Shown here: one piece after another, positions 46,877 through 57,108 of the stretch
Layout: the number at the start of each line of letters is the position of its first letter
Numbering within the stretch: position 1 is the first letter of the stretch
Source: Verrucomicrobiota bacterium
GTDB taxonomy: Bacteria; Verrucomicrobiota; Verrucomicrobiia; Opitutales; Seribacteraceae
Direction of reading: 5' to 3'
NCBI GenBank assembly: GCA_027622665.1
Contig: JAQBYT010000001.1
Span: forward strand, 434,049 to 498,048
Length of the DNA stretch: 64,000 nt
The notes under the pieces: generated by a model
Told to the model about the DNA's origin: nothing
Seen by the model: only the letters and a program-made list of their open reading frames with translations
Database searches by the model: none
Made by a program: the position numbers and the translations under genes

Positions 46877-49534
46877 ATGATGAAAACGATTACCCTTATT
46901 CTTTCCGCGTTCTCCGCGTGCTTTGCTTTATCGAGCGCAGAGTCCGAACACGTTCACACTTTGCGTTGCAGGCACTTTTCAGGTTCTCCCGAAGGTGCTA
47001 CCTCTTCGTCCCAACGATATGCTCCCGATCGGTTGGTCGATCTCGAGCACCTGTCGTTGGACGTTACGCCGGATTTCAAGAATCGTCGTGTGGCCGGTGT
47101 CGCCACTCTTACCTTCCATCCAATTGTCACTCCTCTCGAGGAGCTTCGTCTGGATGCGGTCGATTTGAAAATCAGTAAGGTGACTTCCGGTGAGAAGATC
47201 GCGGCATGGGAAAACACCGACCATGCCTTGATCGTCACTTTCGAAAAACCGATTCCGGCTGGGCGACAAGCCACGCTGAAAGTCACTTACGAGGCCGAAC
47301 CGGTCAAGGGGCTTTACTTTCGTACTCCCGAATTAGGGTATGATCCCAAAGACACTCACCTCTGGACTCAGGGCGAAACGATTGAGGCTAGGCACTGGTT
47401 CCCCTGCTTCGATGCACCCAACGAGTTTCTTACTTCCACCATGACCTGCCGCGTTCCAAAGGGGATGATCGTTCTTTCGAATGGCCGCAAGACGGCGGAG
47501 GAGGTCGATCCCTCGACCGGATTGAAAGTGGTGACCTGGAAGCAGGAAAAGCCGCACGTAAACTATCTCATTTCGCTGGTCGCGGGTTATTTCAAAAGGT
47601 TGCAGGAGAAGCACGGGGAGTTGAGCATGTCGTTCTGGACGCCTCCTTCGGATTTTGCCAATGCGGCGAACTCCTTTCGTCATACCAAGAAGTGCATGGA
47701 GTATTTTGAGAAGGAAACGGGGGTGGCCTATCCGTGGGCCAAGTACGACCAAGTATGCGTTCAGGACTTCAATTGGGGCGGGATGGAAAACACGAGCTTG
47801 AGCACCCTGAATACCTCTACGCTTTTTAGCAACGAGACGGAAAATATTCGGAGCAGCCAAGGGTTGGTTGCCCATGAACTGGCTCACCAGTGGTTTGGGG
47901 ATTTAGTCACTTGTAAGGACTGGAGTCATATTTGGCTGAACGAGGGTTTCGCTACTTACTATACGCACTTGTTTGCGGGGCATTTGGATGGGCGAGACCA
48001 TATGCTGTACGGCCTGTACCGCGACCTGAATAGACTTACGGCCCTCAAGGACGATACGACGGCCATGGTGAACCGAAAGTACGAGCGCCCTTCGGACATG
48101 TTTCGCAAGTACGGGGCACTTTCCTATACCAAGGGAAGCTGGGTGCTGCACATGCTTCGTTCGAGCCTCGGTCCCGATCTATTCCGAAAAGTCGTAAAAA
48201 CCTATCTGGAACGCCATCGGCACGGGAACGTCGTGACCGAGAATCTCCGGACTGTGATGGAGGAATTTTCAGGCAAGTCGCACGATCGCTTCTTCGACCA
48301 GTATGTCTACCATGCCCACCACCCGGAGCTAAAGGTGGATTATTCTTGGGACGCAAAAACCAAGTTGGCCAAGCTCACCGTGAAACAGGAGCAAAAGGTG
48401 GATGACAAGGTGTTGCTCTTTCACGTGACCTTACCTGTGAAGTTTCGTTGCGGGGGTAAAGCCATTATGAAGTCGATGCAGGTTTCGCGGGTGTCGGAAG
48501 ATTTTTACTTCGCCCTGCCCGCTGCCCCTGAAATCGTTCGCGTGGATCCCGACCTTACGATTTTGGCAAAGACGACCTTCGCTCCTCCCGCGTCAATGCT
48601 TCATGCCCAATTGTCGGACTTGGGAGACGTCGTTGGCCGTCTTCTAGCGGTTGAGCAACTTGCCAAGAAACAGGATGCCGGCACAGTCGAAAAGTTAAAG
48701 ACCGCATTGAACGAGGATCCCTTTTATGGAGTGAGGCTCTCCGCATCGAAAGCGCTTCGCGAAATTGCGACGGAGCAAGCCTTCGAGGCGTTGACTAAGG
48801 CTACGGAGCAAGCTGATGCTCGCGTGCGTCGTCAAGTGGTTGGCGACGTCGGCAGTTTTTACAAACCCGAGGCATTGGCTTTTCTTAAAAAGGTGTTGGA
48901 GGTTGAGAAGAATCCCTCCATCCGGGCGGGGGCTCTTAATGGCTTGGCCGGTCACGACGATGCCGATGCCGGCAAACTTATGAATCAGGCATTAGGCTCA
49001 AAATCGTTTCGGCACCAAATGGGTTCCGCCGCGGTTTCCGCGATTCGGAAGCAGGATGACCCAAAGTATCTTTCGAGCCTCCAATCGGCGCTTGAGAAGG
49101 ATGAAAAAAAGTTCACGACCAATGGTTTGGCTTTCGGGTTGCGTGCACTCGGTCACCTTGCCCGTAATGAGGAGGACAAGTCGAGTGTACGACAATTCCT
49201 CGTAGAGCGGGTGAATAGGCTTAACCGCCGTGTGCGTATCGGCGCTATCGAAGCGCTTGGACAATTGAATGACCCTCGGGCTATCGCAGTCCTTGAAAAA
49301 TTTTCGGCCAGCCGCAAAGACACGGCCGAAAGGACTGCCGCCGAAAAGGCGATCGAGGCGTTGCGTTCGGGGGGTAAACCGACTGATGACTTAAAGACGC
49401 TTCGAAAAGAAGTGACTGTTCTGAAAAAGGACAACCAAACGCTACGCCAAGATTTGGAAGACCTGAAAAAGCGGCTAGACGCCGCTATCGGCTCCGAAAC
49501 ACCTTCCTCAGATTCGGGCGAAAAGCAGAAGTGA
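46877..49534 (+). CDS. M1 family aminopeptidase with C-terminal HEAT repeats and coiled coil
   Basis: WTQGE, ARHWFPCFD, GGMEN, HELAHQWFG..WLNEGFA, YTKG; signal peptide. Confidence 0.93.
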   Translation: MMKTITLILSAFSACFALSSAESEHVHTLRCRHFSGSPEGATSSSQRYAPDRLVDLEHLSLDVTPDFKNRRVAGVATLTFHPIVTPLEELRLDAVDLKISKVTSGEKIAAWENTDHALIVTFEKPIPAGRQATLKVTYEAEPVKGLYFRTPELGYDPKDTHLWTQGETIEARHWFPCFDAPNEFLTSTMTCRVPKGMIVLSNGRKTAEEVDPSTGLKVVTWKQEKPHVNYLISLVAGYFKRLQEKHGELSMSFWTPPSDFANAANSFRHTKKCMEYFEKETGVAYPWAKYDQVCVQDFNWGGMENTSLSTLNTSTLFSNETENIRSSQGLVAHELAHQWFGDLVTCKDWSHIWLNEGFATYYTHLFAGHLDGRDHMLYGLYRDLNRLTALKDDTTAMVNRKYERPSDMFRKYGALSYTKGSWVLHMLRSSLGPDLFRKVVKTYLERHRHGNVVTENLRTVMEEFSGKSHDRFFDQYVYHAHHPELKVDYSWDAKTKLAKLTVKQEQKVDDKVLLFHVTLPVKFRCGGKAIMKSMQVSRVSEDFYFALPAAPEIVRVDPDLTILAKTTFAPPASMLHAQLSDLGDVVGRLLAVEQLAKKQDAGTVEKLKTALNEDPFYGVRLSASKALREIATEQAFEALTKATEQADARVRRQVVGDVGSFYKPEALAFLKKVLEVEKNPSIRAGALNGLAGHDDADAGKLMNQALGSKSFRHQMGSAAVSAIRKQDDPKYLSSLQSALEKDEKKFTTNGLAFGLRALGHLARNEEDKSSVRQFLVERVNRLNRRVRIGAIEALGQLNDPRAIAVLEKFSASRKDTAERTAAEKAIEALRSGGKPTDDLKTLRKEVTVLKKDNQTLRQDLEDLKKRLDAAIGSETPSSDSGEKQK

Positions 49535-49850
49535 CTTTTTCCTGTCGATTTAGCATATCGGCAAGCTGGCTGTAAATAGTAAGGGCAATACGCCCAAGTT
49601 TGGCTAAAACCCTATAAACTAGGGAAACATCGAGTCTTTAATGTTGAGCGTTTAAGCTATGGCATACCGTAAAACATGGCCTATGATATTGCAATAAATA
49701 CCAATAAGCTAATAATTCTCCATAACTGGAGCTACTAAAAATGAAATATCCATTTAAAAAAATTGCCGCAACAGACTAGAAATGAGGTAATCAAACAAGT
49801 CTAGTGTAAAATATCCAAATCCTACAATAAATACCTAAATAAAAAAAAAT

Positions 49851-50285
49851 ATGAAAAACATCATTATAACCCTGCTTGCATTTGGCCTGTTCTCTGGTCC
49901 CGTTTTCTCCCTTGCCGCGAAGGAAAATGCGGAAAAGCCCGCCGCGAAGGAAAAGGTTAAGAAAGCCGACCCTAAGAAAAAACCTGCGGTCAAAAAAACC
50001 ACTCCCGAGGTTGGGCCTCTTGCTTTGTCGGGCAAGGTCTCGAAGAAAGAAACCAAGGGCAAAGACGGGAAGATCTACAAGTACTACTCTATCGCGACTA
50101 AGGATGGAAGAACGGTGCGGCTAACCAAGTCGGCATTGGGCAAGAAATCCAAGGTTAACCTGGACGATTTAGTGGATGCCGAGGTGTCTATTACTGGTCA
50201 AGGTTATGAATCCGGAACGGGCAAGAAAAAGAGAGTTATCCTTAAGAAGATCGAAAAAATTGAGAAAGCCGACTCTGCCGGCTAA
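49851..50285 (+). CDS. Hypothetical secreted Lys-rich protein
   Basis: Signal peptide, highly basic, followed by a terminator. Confidence 0.8.
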   Translation: MKNIIITLLAFGLFSGPVFSLAAKENAEKPAAKEKVKKADPKKKPAVKKTTPEVGPLALSGKVSKKETKGKDGKIYKYYSIATKDGRTVRLTKSALGKKSKVNLDDLVDAEVSITGQGYESGTGKKKRVILKKIEKIEKADSAG

Positions 50286-50309
50286 AATATCACAACCGAA
50301 ACAAACTTG

Positions 50310-50345
50310 CAAAAGGCGCCCCGAAACCGGGGCGCCTTTTGTTTG
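50310..50345 (+). terminator. Intrinsic terminator (potentially bidirectional)
   Basis: CAAAAGGCGCCCCG-AAAC-CGGGGCGCCTTTTG perfect stem, then TTTG. Confidence 0.9.
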
Positions 50346-50413
50346 TCGGGAGTATCTTTCGACATCGACATTATCTTGGTTTTCCGGATGCTGTACAAAA
50401 AGGAGATTTAATC

Positions 50414-50929
50414 ATGCAGTATCTATATTATGCTTTAATCACCGTAATTTGCTGGGGGACCTATGGGGTTTGCATGCACATTGGTTCTAGTAACATGGGC
50501 GACAAGGAAAACGGTCGGCTTATGGCTTTTCTTTGGGTCGGCTTAGCCTACTTTCTAACCGCCGTGGTTGCTCCCTTGATCATTCTGAAGCTTAAGGGTG
50601 GAAACATTGCTTTTTGGACTTTTCCTACAAAGGGCTGGCAGTGGTCGCTAATTGCGGGAACACTCGGAGCGATTGGAGCTCTGGGTGTGTTGCTTGCCTT
50701 TGGAAAAATGCCTTCACCCGCATATGTTCCTGTGATCATGTCCATCATTTTCGCAGGAGCTCCCATGGTGAACGCAATTGTGAGTACGACCAAGGAGGGC
50801 AACTGGGCTTTCGTGAAAGCACCTTTTATTGCCGGGATTTGCCTCGCGGCCTTCGGTGGTTACCTGATTACGAAGTATACCCCTAAACCACCGAAGGCGA
50901 GTCCCGCCACGGTGGAGGGAAAAACCTGA
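50414..50929 (+). CDS. EamA/DMT-like small membrane protein
   Basis: AGGAG SD, about 5 TM segments, CWGTYG, AGTLGAIGA, FAGAPMVN. Confidence 0.78.
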   Translation: MQYLYYALITVICWGTYGVCMHIGSSNMGDKENGRLMAFLWVGLAYFLTAVVAPLIILKLKGGNIAFWTFPTKGWQWSLIAGTLGAIGALGVLLAFGKMPSPAYVPVIMSIIFAGAPMVNAIVSTTKEGNWAFVKAPFIAGICLAAFGGYLITKYTPKPPKASPATVEGKT

Positions 50930-50939
50930 GAGCGGCACG

Positions 50940-52193
50940 ATGACTGGCTTGTTAGCCGGCCAACTGGAAAGCCTGCGAGAGGTCGTGGGCATAGCCTGCG
51001 AGAGCAATCCTTTTCAGCAGGCCAAACTGAACGGGACCGAATTGACTCCCGACTTTGCAAGCATTGAAGATTTCCTTGCCTCCTGTCCCTTTACCACAAA
51101 AGACGAGTTGGCTCGCGATCGCTTGGAGTATCCGCCCTATGGAACAAACCTGAGTTTTCCACTCGAACGCTACACGCGCTTTCATCAGACCAGCGGGACG
51201 AAAGGCGAGCCTATGGCTTGGCTCGATCTACCCGAGGACTGGGATTGGATGCTGGGCAATTGGGGGCGGGTCTTGGATTCCGCCGGCGTGGAATCGGGCG
51301 CTCGTTGCCATTTTGCTTTTTCCTTCGGGCCTTTCCTTGGTTTTTGGACTGCCTTCGATGCTGCTTCCGGGCGGGGGTGTCTCTGTATGCCCGGGGGAGG
51401 AATGAGCAGTGAGCAAAGATTACGCTCCATTCTCGAGCATAAGGCCGAATACCTCTTTTGCACTCCCACCTACGCCTTGCATTTGGCCGAGGTGGCGGCG
51501 GAGCGGGGTATCGAGATTGCCTCGTCCCGGATTCGCAAGATCATCGTGGCGGGTGAACCGGGCGGAAGTATGGGCGAGTTGCGACGCCGTATCAGCAAAG
51601 CTTGGGGAGGAGTGGAAATGTTTGATCATTACGGTATGACGGAGGTCGGGCCCGTTGCTTATGAGACACCGGGAGGGCAGGGCGGTTTGCGAGTGATTTC
51701 TGAAAGTTATTTGGCCGAGGTGGTTTGCCCCACTTCGGGCGAAACTCTTGGTGAGGGTCAACAGGGCGAACTGGTTCTGACCACTTTGGGCAGAGCAGGC
51801 TGTCCTGTACTGCGCTACCGCACCGGCGATCTTGTTCTTCCGCATTGGGGAGAAGGCGCCAACGGTTTGCCCACGCTCGACCTTGCCGGAGGTATCCTTG
51901 GGCGTGTAGACGATATGATCTTGGTGCGAGGCGTGAATCTGTATCCGACCTCCGTGGATGCGGTCGTGCGCCGCTTCGAAGAGATCGCGGAATATCAGGT
52001 CCTGATCGATGAAACTGCTGCCATGTCCGAGGTGAGCCTGAGAGCGGAGGCTGCCCCTGAGTTGGCGAATAGCCTCGAAAAAGCGTTGACCGAAGCCTTT
52101 TCCTTACGAATACCAGTTGAATCCGTCGAGCCCGGCTCGTTGCCTCGTTTTGAAATGAAGGCCCAACGCTGGGTGAGGCGTGATGGAAAATGA
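50940..52193 (+). CDS. Phenylacetate-CoA ligase (PaaK) family protein
   Basis: PFTTKDEL, HQTSGTKG, TPTYA, HYGMTE, RYRTGD, GRVDDM..RGVNLYP, LPRFEMKAQRW. Confidence 0.9.
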   Translation: MTGLLAGQLESLREVVGIACESNPFQQAKLNGTELTPDFASIEDFLASCPFTTKDELARDRLEYPPYGTNLSFPLERYTRFHQTSGTKGEPMAWLDLPEDWDWMLGNWGRVLDSAGVESGARCHFAFSFGPFLGFWTAFDAASGRGCLCMPGGGMSSEQRLRSILEHKAEYLFCTPTYALHLAEVAAERGIEIASSRIRKIIVAGEPGGSMGELRRRISKAWGGVEMFDHYGMTEVGPVAYETPGGQGGLRVISESYLAEVVCPTSGETLGEGQQGELVLTTLGRAGCPVLRYRTGDLVLPHWGEGANGLPTLDLAGGILGRVDDMILVRGVNLYPTSVDAVVRRFEEIAEYQVLIDETAAMSEVSLRAEAAPELANSLEKALTEAFSLRIPVESVEPGSLPRFEMKAQRWVRRDGK

Positions 52194-52905
52194 CCTGAAT
52201 CAAAATACTATCCTGATGAGCGCATTCGTCGAATTATCTAATGTTTCCAAGAGTTATCTATCTCCCGATGGGGGAGAAGGCGTAGAGGTGTTCTCGGAGG
52301 TCGACTTGCAGTTATCCGAGGGAGAGTCAGCCGCTATCGTGGGTCCTTCCGGTTCGGGCAAGAGCACTTTGTTGAACGTCGTTGGAGCCTTGGACAAACC
52401 GAGCGGCGGCAAGGTGACGGTGGGGGAATTCGAAGTCACTGGGCTTAGTCCCGAGGAAGCTGCTTCATTCCGCAACCAAACCGTGGGTTTTATTTTTCAA
52501 GCCCACCATCTGCTGCCGCAGTGTACGGTATTGGAAAACGTTATGGTGCCTGCTCTCGCAGGACATGGAAACTTAACCGGCGACTCCTTGCGAAAGCGAG
52601 CGGAGGAGCTTCTCGAGGAAGTGGGTCTTTCGCATCGTTTGCATCATCGTCCTGCGGAAATCTCCGGGGGCGAAAAGCAACGAGCCGCCGTCGCCCGCGC
52701 CCTAGTGAACGAACCTAAGCTACTTCTGGCGGATGAGCCAACCGGATCTCTCGACAAAGCGAATGCAGATCGTCTTACGGAACTTTTGGTTAAGCTAAAT
52801 GAGACGCGGGGACTTGCGTTGCTGGCCGTAACCCATTCCTCTGCGGTCGCTTCCCGTATGGGAGCCTCCTACCGGCTCGACGCAGGTAAGCTTGTTCGGG
52901 AGTGA
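52180..52905 (+). CDS. ABC transporter ATP-binding protein (LolD/MacB type)
   Basis: GPSGSGKST, ISGGEKQR, LLADEPTGSLD, VTH. Confidence 0.95.
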   Translation: MMENDLNQNTILMSAFVELSNVSKSYLSPDGGEGVEVFSEVDLQLSEGESAAIVGPSGSGKSTLLNVVGALDKPSGGKVTVGEFEVTGLSPEEAASFRNQTVGFIFQAHHLLPQCTVLENVMVPALAGHGNLTGDSLRKRAEELLEEVGLSHRLHHRPAEISGGEKQRAAVARALVNEPKLLLADEPTGSLDKANADRLTELLVKLNETRGLALLAVTHSSAVASRMGASYRLDAGKLVRE

Positions 52906-52909
52906 GACC

Positions 52910-55900
52910 GTGACTCTCTCGGGTATAGTCTTGCGCAATTTGCGCCACTATTGGCGGCAACACCTCGGGGTGATTGCCGGAGCCGCCATTTGCTCCATGG
53001 TCTTGGTTGGAGCCCTCATGGTGGGGGACTCGGTCAAGGCCACGCTGAAGCGATTGGCGGGAGAGCGGATAGGTCGTGCGGACATTGCCTTATTGTCGCC
53101 CGATGGTTTTTTTCGAGAGGCCTTGGCGGTGGACCTAAGGCGAGACAAGGAAACCGTAGTTGCGCCTCTGGTTGTCACCCGAGGAAATGTCTCCTTACCC
53201 GACGGCACCCGTATGGCCCGGAACGTACAGGTGCTGGGTGTGGACGAACGGTTCTGGAAGTTGGCACCGAATCCGGACGCTGCTCCCGATCTGTCGAAGG
53301 ACGAATTTTTCGTGAATGCTCGCCTTGGAAGTTATCTCGCCGCAAAGAATGGGGATCGCCTGATTCTTCGCGTGGAGGAACCAGGTCTTTTCTCACGGGA
53401 CGCGCCGCTTTCGGGTGAACGCGACAACAAGTTCGTCTCCCTGAACAAAAAACTCGGCGGAGTACTTGAATCAGAGGCGTTCGGGCGTTTTGGGCTTCAG
53501 GGAAACCAGCGTGAACCTCTCACCATTTTCGTCCCCATGGAAATGCTGCAGAAACGAATGTTTCGGTCTTTTGACGAAGAATCGGGCAATACGGGCTTTG
53601 CCAACTTTCTGTTACTTGGTCGCCCCGGTGGCGATGCCGTGCAGTTGGAATTGGCCGAGAGCGCGCTAAACGAAGCATGGTCGTTGGCAGATGCCGGAAT
53701 CTTGGTCAAGGAGCTGCGGGATACGCCTGCTTGGTCCGTCCGATCCCGACAGGTATTTTTGAGCGAATCTCTCCGTCAAGCGGGAGAAAAGGCTGCTCCG
53801 CAAACGACTGGCGTCCTTACCTACTTGGTGAATGCCATCGGCAAAGGAAACCCGGAGTCGAACTCCTCTGCCCTTGTTCCTTACTCCATGGTCAGCGCCG
53901 TGAATCCATCCAAGGCAAATTTTTTACCGGACGACCTCAAAGACGATGAGATAGTTCTTGGTCAATGGGCCGCGGACGATCTCAATGCTTCGGCTGGAGA
54001 TGTAATTAGCTTGAGCTATTTTGCAGTAGGTGAGCGCCGCAAGCTTCTTGAGAAGACCCAAACCTTTCGTTTGCGAGCCACAACACCCCTGCCTGCAAAA
54101 GTACCTGAGGACCAAGAGAGCGACTGGACGCCTCTATTCCCCGGATTGTCGGATGCCGAATCCTGTGGGGAATGGGATACGGGCATCCCGATCAAGCACA
54201 AGGTTCGTCCGAAAGACGAAGATTACTGGGACGCTTACAGGGGTTCCCCAAAGGCATTTGTTTCCCTGGCCGCCGGTCAGTCCATGTGGGGAAACCGTTG
54301 GGGATCGCTGACTGGATTGCGAGTGGCGAAAGCGGAAGCTTCCAGAGAGGACATTAACAAAGCCTTGCGATCCGAGCTTACGGCCGCCGAGGCCGGGTTG
54401 TTCTTTCGCTCCCTTAGGCAGGATGCTTCCGCCGCCGCCGAGTCTCCCATCGATTTCGGCCAGCTTTTCCTCGGGTTTAGCGCTTTCGTAATTGTCGCGG
54501 CGATGGCCCTCACGGGTATGCTCTTCGCATTTACAATGGAACAACGCAATCGACAGGCCGGCCTCTTGTTGGCGTTGGGAATCCCCCGCAAAAAGGTGCG
54601 CCGCCTGTTCCTTGCGGAAGGGTTACTGCTCTCTGTGGTCGGAGCCGGTCTTGGCGTTTGGCTCGCCACGCTTTATGGGCAAACCACCCTGCATCTGCTT
54701 TCGGGTGAATGGAGTGGCGCGGTTTCCGGGGCTACCTTTGATTTCGCGATGAATCCGGTTTCCGTAGTCGTAGGTCTGTGTGGTGCCGTCTTCATCGCTC
54801 TGCTCGCGATGGGTTGGGCTACTCGTCGTCAACTGCGGGCCGAACCTCGCGAATTGCTCGCCATGGGAGAAACTCTAGCGGCCACTGCTCCGCGGGCAGA
54901 GTCCGCCAAGAGCGGAACCGGCAAGGTGTCCACGAGGATTGCCGTTGTTTTGACTTTCATGGGTATCGTCATGGCTTTTTTGACCGACCTTTCCGGTCCC
55001 GGTGCATCCATGGTTTTTTTCGGCGTGGGCTGGTGTCTGCTGGCTGCGGGCTTGCTCTTTTTTCGAGCTAAACTCTCTAAGGCGGCCTGTGAATCCGGAA
55101 CTCTTCCCGATGCCGCCACCCTTAGCCGTCGTAATGCTGCTCGGCGTTCCGGTCGTAGCTTGGTCACGGTGGGAGCAATGGCTGCTGGCACGTTTCTCGT
55201 GGTCGGGACGGGTGCATTTAGAAAGGATTCTTTATCGATTTCGGGCGAGAGAGATTCGGGTACCGGCGGCTTCGCCTTAGTGGGGGAATCGGCCTTGCCT
55301 GTTTACGACGACCTGAACGGCCTCGAAGGTCGTGAGCTTTATGACCTGAACGCCACTCTTTTATCAGGTGTCTATATCACGCCCCTGCGAGTGCGCGAAG
55401 GGGACGATGCCAGTTGCCTTAATCTGAACAAGGCTATTAGGCCTCGGCTCTATGGAATAAAGCCTTCCGAGCTCAGTGACCGGTTTACATTTGCCGAGGG
55501 CGATTGGTCGACCTTGTCGCAGGATGTTTCCGAGGATGGACCCATACCAGCCGTAGTAGATCAAAATACGATGATGTGGGCTTTGAAGAAGGGAGTTGGT
55601 GATCTCGTCGAATATCAAGATGGCGAAGGACAGGTTTTCCAAGTCCGGTTGGCTGCAGTAGCCAAAGGATCGATGCTTCAGGGCGCACTTTACATAGATG
55701 AAAAACATTTCGAAGAAAAGTTTCCCAAGCAGGGTGGTTACCGTTCCTTTCTTGTAGATTCGCCTTCAAGGAAAATGAATGAAGTTTCCGACCATCTCGC
55801 CGACAGGTTGGCCAACTACGGGATGGAGCTACGTCCCGCCGTGGAGCGATTGAACGAGCTACAGGAAGTGGAAAACACGTACATTGCCATCTTTCAGGCC

Positions 55901-56257
55901 TTGGGGGGGTTGGGCCTTTTGCTCGGCACTGTGGGGTTGGCGGTCGTGGTGGTTCGGAATTTGCTCGAACGCTCGAAGGAGTTTGGCTTGATGGAGGCGG
56001 TGGGCTATCCCCTGTCTGCGTTGAGGAAGCTCGCCATTTCCGAACATCGGAGTCTTGCCCTTTGGGGACTCGGGGTCGGTGCGATTGCCGCCTTGGTCGC
56101 CATTGCACCGATGTTATTTGGAGATGCCGGTCAAAAGCCGGGAACTGGCTTTGCTTGGTTGCTTGCCGCTTTGGTCGGACTATCGCTCTTTTGGACTTGG
56201 CTGGCGGTTTCTTTATCCTTGCGGACGAGTCGCCTTTCGACATTGAGGGACGAATGA
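52910..56257 (+). CDS. Large FtsX/MacB-type ABC permease
   Basis: Two FtsX-like halves (EQRNRQAGLLLALG; ERSKEFGLMEAVG) with large periplasmic loops. Confidence 0.9.
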   Translation: MTLSGIVLRNLRHYWRQHLGVIAGAAICSMVLVGALMVGDSVKATLKRLAGERIGRADIALLSPDGFFREALAVDLRRDKETVVAPLVVTRGNVSLPDGTRMARNVQVLGVDERFWKLAPNPDAAPDLSKDEFFVNARLGSYLAAKNGDRLILRVEEPGLFSRDAPLSGERDNKFVSLNKKLGGVLESEAFGRFGLQGNQREPLTIFVPMEMLQKRMFRSFDEESGNTGFANFLLLGRPGGDAVQLELAESALNEAWSLADAGILVKELRDTPAWSVRSRQVFLSESLRQAGEKAAPQTTGVLTYLVNAIGKGNPESNSSALVPYSMVSAVNPSKANFLPDDLKDDEIVLGQWAADDLNASAGDVISLSYFAVGERRKLLEKTQTFRLRATTPLPAKVPEDQESDWTPLFPGLSDAESCGEWDTGIPIKHKVRPKDEDYWDAYRGSPKAFVSLAAGQSMWGNRWGSLTGLRVAKAEASREDINKALRSELTAAEAGLFFRSLRQDASAAAESPIDFGQLFLGFSAFVIVAAMALTGMLFAFTMEQRNRQAGLLLALGIPRKKVRRLFLAEGLLLSVVGAGLGVWLATLYGQTTLHLLSGEWSGAVSGATFDFAMNPVSVVVGLCGAVFIALLAMGWATRRQLRAEPRELLAMGETLAATAPRAESAKSGTGKVSTRIAVVLTFMGIVMAFLTDLSGPGASMVFFGVGWCLLAAGLLFFRAKLSKAACESGTLPDAATLSRRNAARRSGRSLVTVGAMAAGTFLVVGTGAFRKDSLSISGERDSGTGGFALVGESALPVYDDLNGLEGRELYDLNATLLSGVYITPLRVREGDDASCLNLNKAIRPRLYGIKPSELSDRFTFAEGDWSTLSQDVSEDGPIPAVVDQNTMMWALKKGVGDLVEYQDGEGQVFQVRLAAVAKGSMLQGALYIDEKHFEEKFPKQGGYRSFLVDSPSRKMNEVSDHLADRLANYGMELRPAVERLNELQEVENTYIAIFQALGGLGLLLGTVGLAVVVVRNLLERSKEFGLMEAVGYPLSALRKLAISEHRSLALWGLGVGAIAALVAIAPMLFGDAGQKPGTGFAWLLAALVGLSLFWTWLAVSLSLRTSRLSTLRDE

Positions 56258-57021
56258 GAATGAAAAGGAATTATGGAATGCATAAGGCAGTTTGGCTCTT
56301 TACCATTTTGGGTGTCGGTGGGTGCGTGAGCACTAGCGGACCTAAAGCTGCGATGGAGTTAGAGGAAGAAAACGCGACTGTGGTCGCGGATCCCGTTCTC
56401 AAACAAGTCGTCATAGAAGATTCGGGACCCGCGAAATGGAAAACGGTCTATGAACTCGATTTTTCCGGTAATGCAGTCGGCGAGGAACCAGAAGACTTGT
56501 TCATCCTAGACGGGTCTTTCTCCGTCCAACAAGAGGGGGCGAACAAGGTTCTCTCCTTGCCCGGTGTACCGGTGGGTGACTTCGGTTTTCTTTTTGGACC
56601 ACGTGTGAAGGGGAAACCGGCAGAACTCCGATGTCGTATCTTCTCAACCCGAAAGGGCCGCCGCATGCCCGCCTTCGCCGCAGGCCTTGGGGGAGTGAAT
56701 GGCTATCGGCTACGCCTTAACGCCGCCGCTCGCAATCTGCAATTAATTCGCGGGGAGGAAACCCTCGTTACCGTTCCCTACCTTTGGGCTTCCGGCAAGT
56801 GGACAAATCTAATCTTTCGAGCCGAGTCCAAGGGAGATGACGGGGCGATTGTTTCGGCCAAGGTTTGGAACGAAGGCGATGAGCCTGCGGATTGGTCTAT
56901 CTCGCACGAAGACAATGAACCTTTTGCAGGTGGCAAATGCTCACTCTGGGGACTGCCCTATGCGAGTACGGAAATTCTCTTTGATGACTTGAAAGTTCTG
57001 GCTTTCGAGTCAGCTGAATAG
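56254..57021 (+). CDS. Lipoprotein with a concanavalin/LamG-like domain, paralogous to the C-terminal domain of 23935..26301
   Basis: ATGA overlap with the permease; VGGC lipobox; KVWNEGDEPADWSI..ILFDDLKV. Confidence 0.78.
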   Translation: MRMKRNYGMHKAVWLFTILGVGGCVSTSGPKAAMELEEENATVVADPVLKQVVIEDSGPAKWKTVYELDFSGNAVGEEPEDLFILDGSFSVQQEGANKVLSLPGVPVGDFGFLFGPRVKGKPAELRCRIFSTRKGRRMPAFAAGLGGVNGYRLRLNAAARNLQLIRGEETLVTVPYLWASGKWTNLIFRAESKGDDGAIVSAKVWNEGDEPADWSISHEDNEPFAGGKCSLWGLPYASTEILFDDLKVLAFESAE

Positions 57022-57108
57022 CCCCGCCCGTTTTTTTTTCCTTTCATCGGTCTCTCTCCTGCGGTTGCAAGAAAGTTAGCCTTAAGCATATAAAGAAGTG
57101 TCTTTGCC

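Noticed and set aside
49677..49695. Possible sigma54 promoter TGGC...TTGCA in the AT-rich intergenic region
   Set aside because: GG-to-GC spacing is 11 nt rather than the required 10
49535..49850. AT-rich ~315-bp gap as an ncRNA or insertion scar
   Set aside because: No convincing structure, repeat or att site; consistent with an ordinary promoter region
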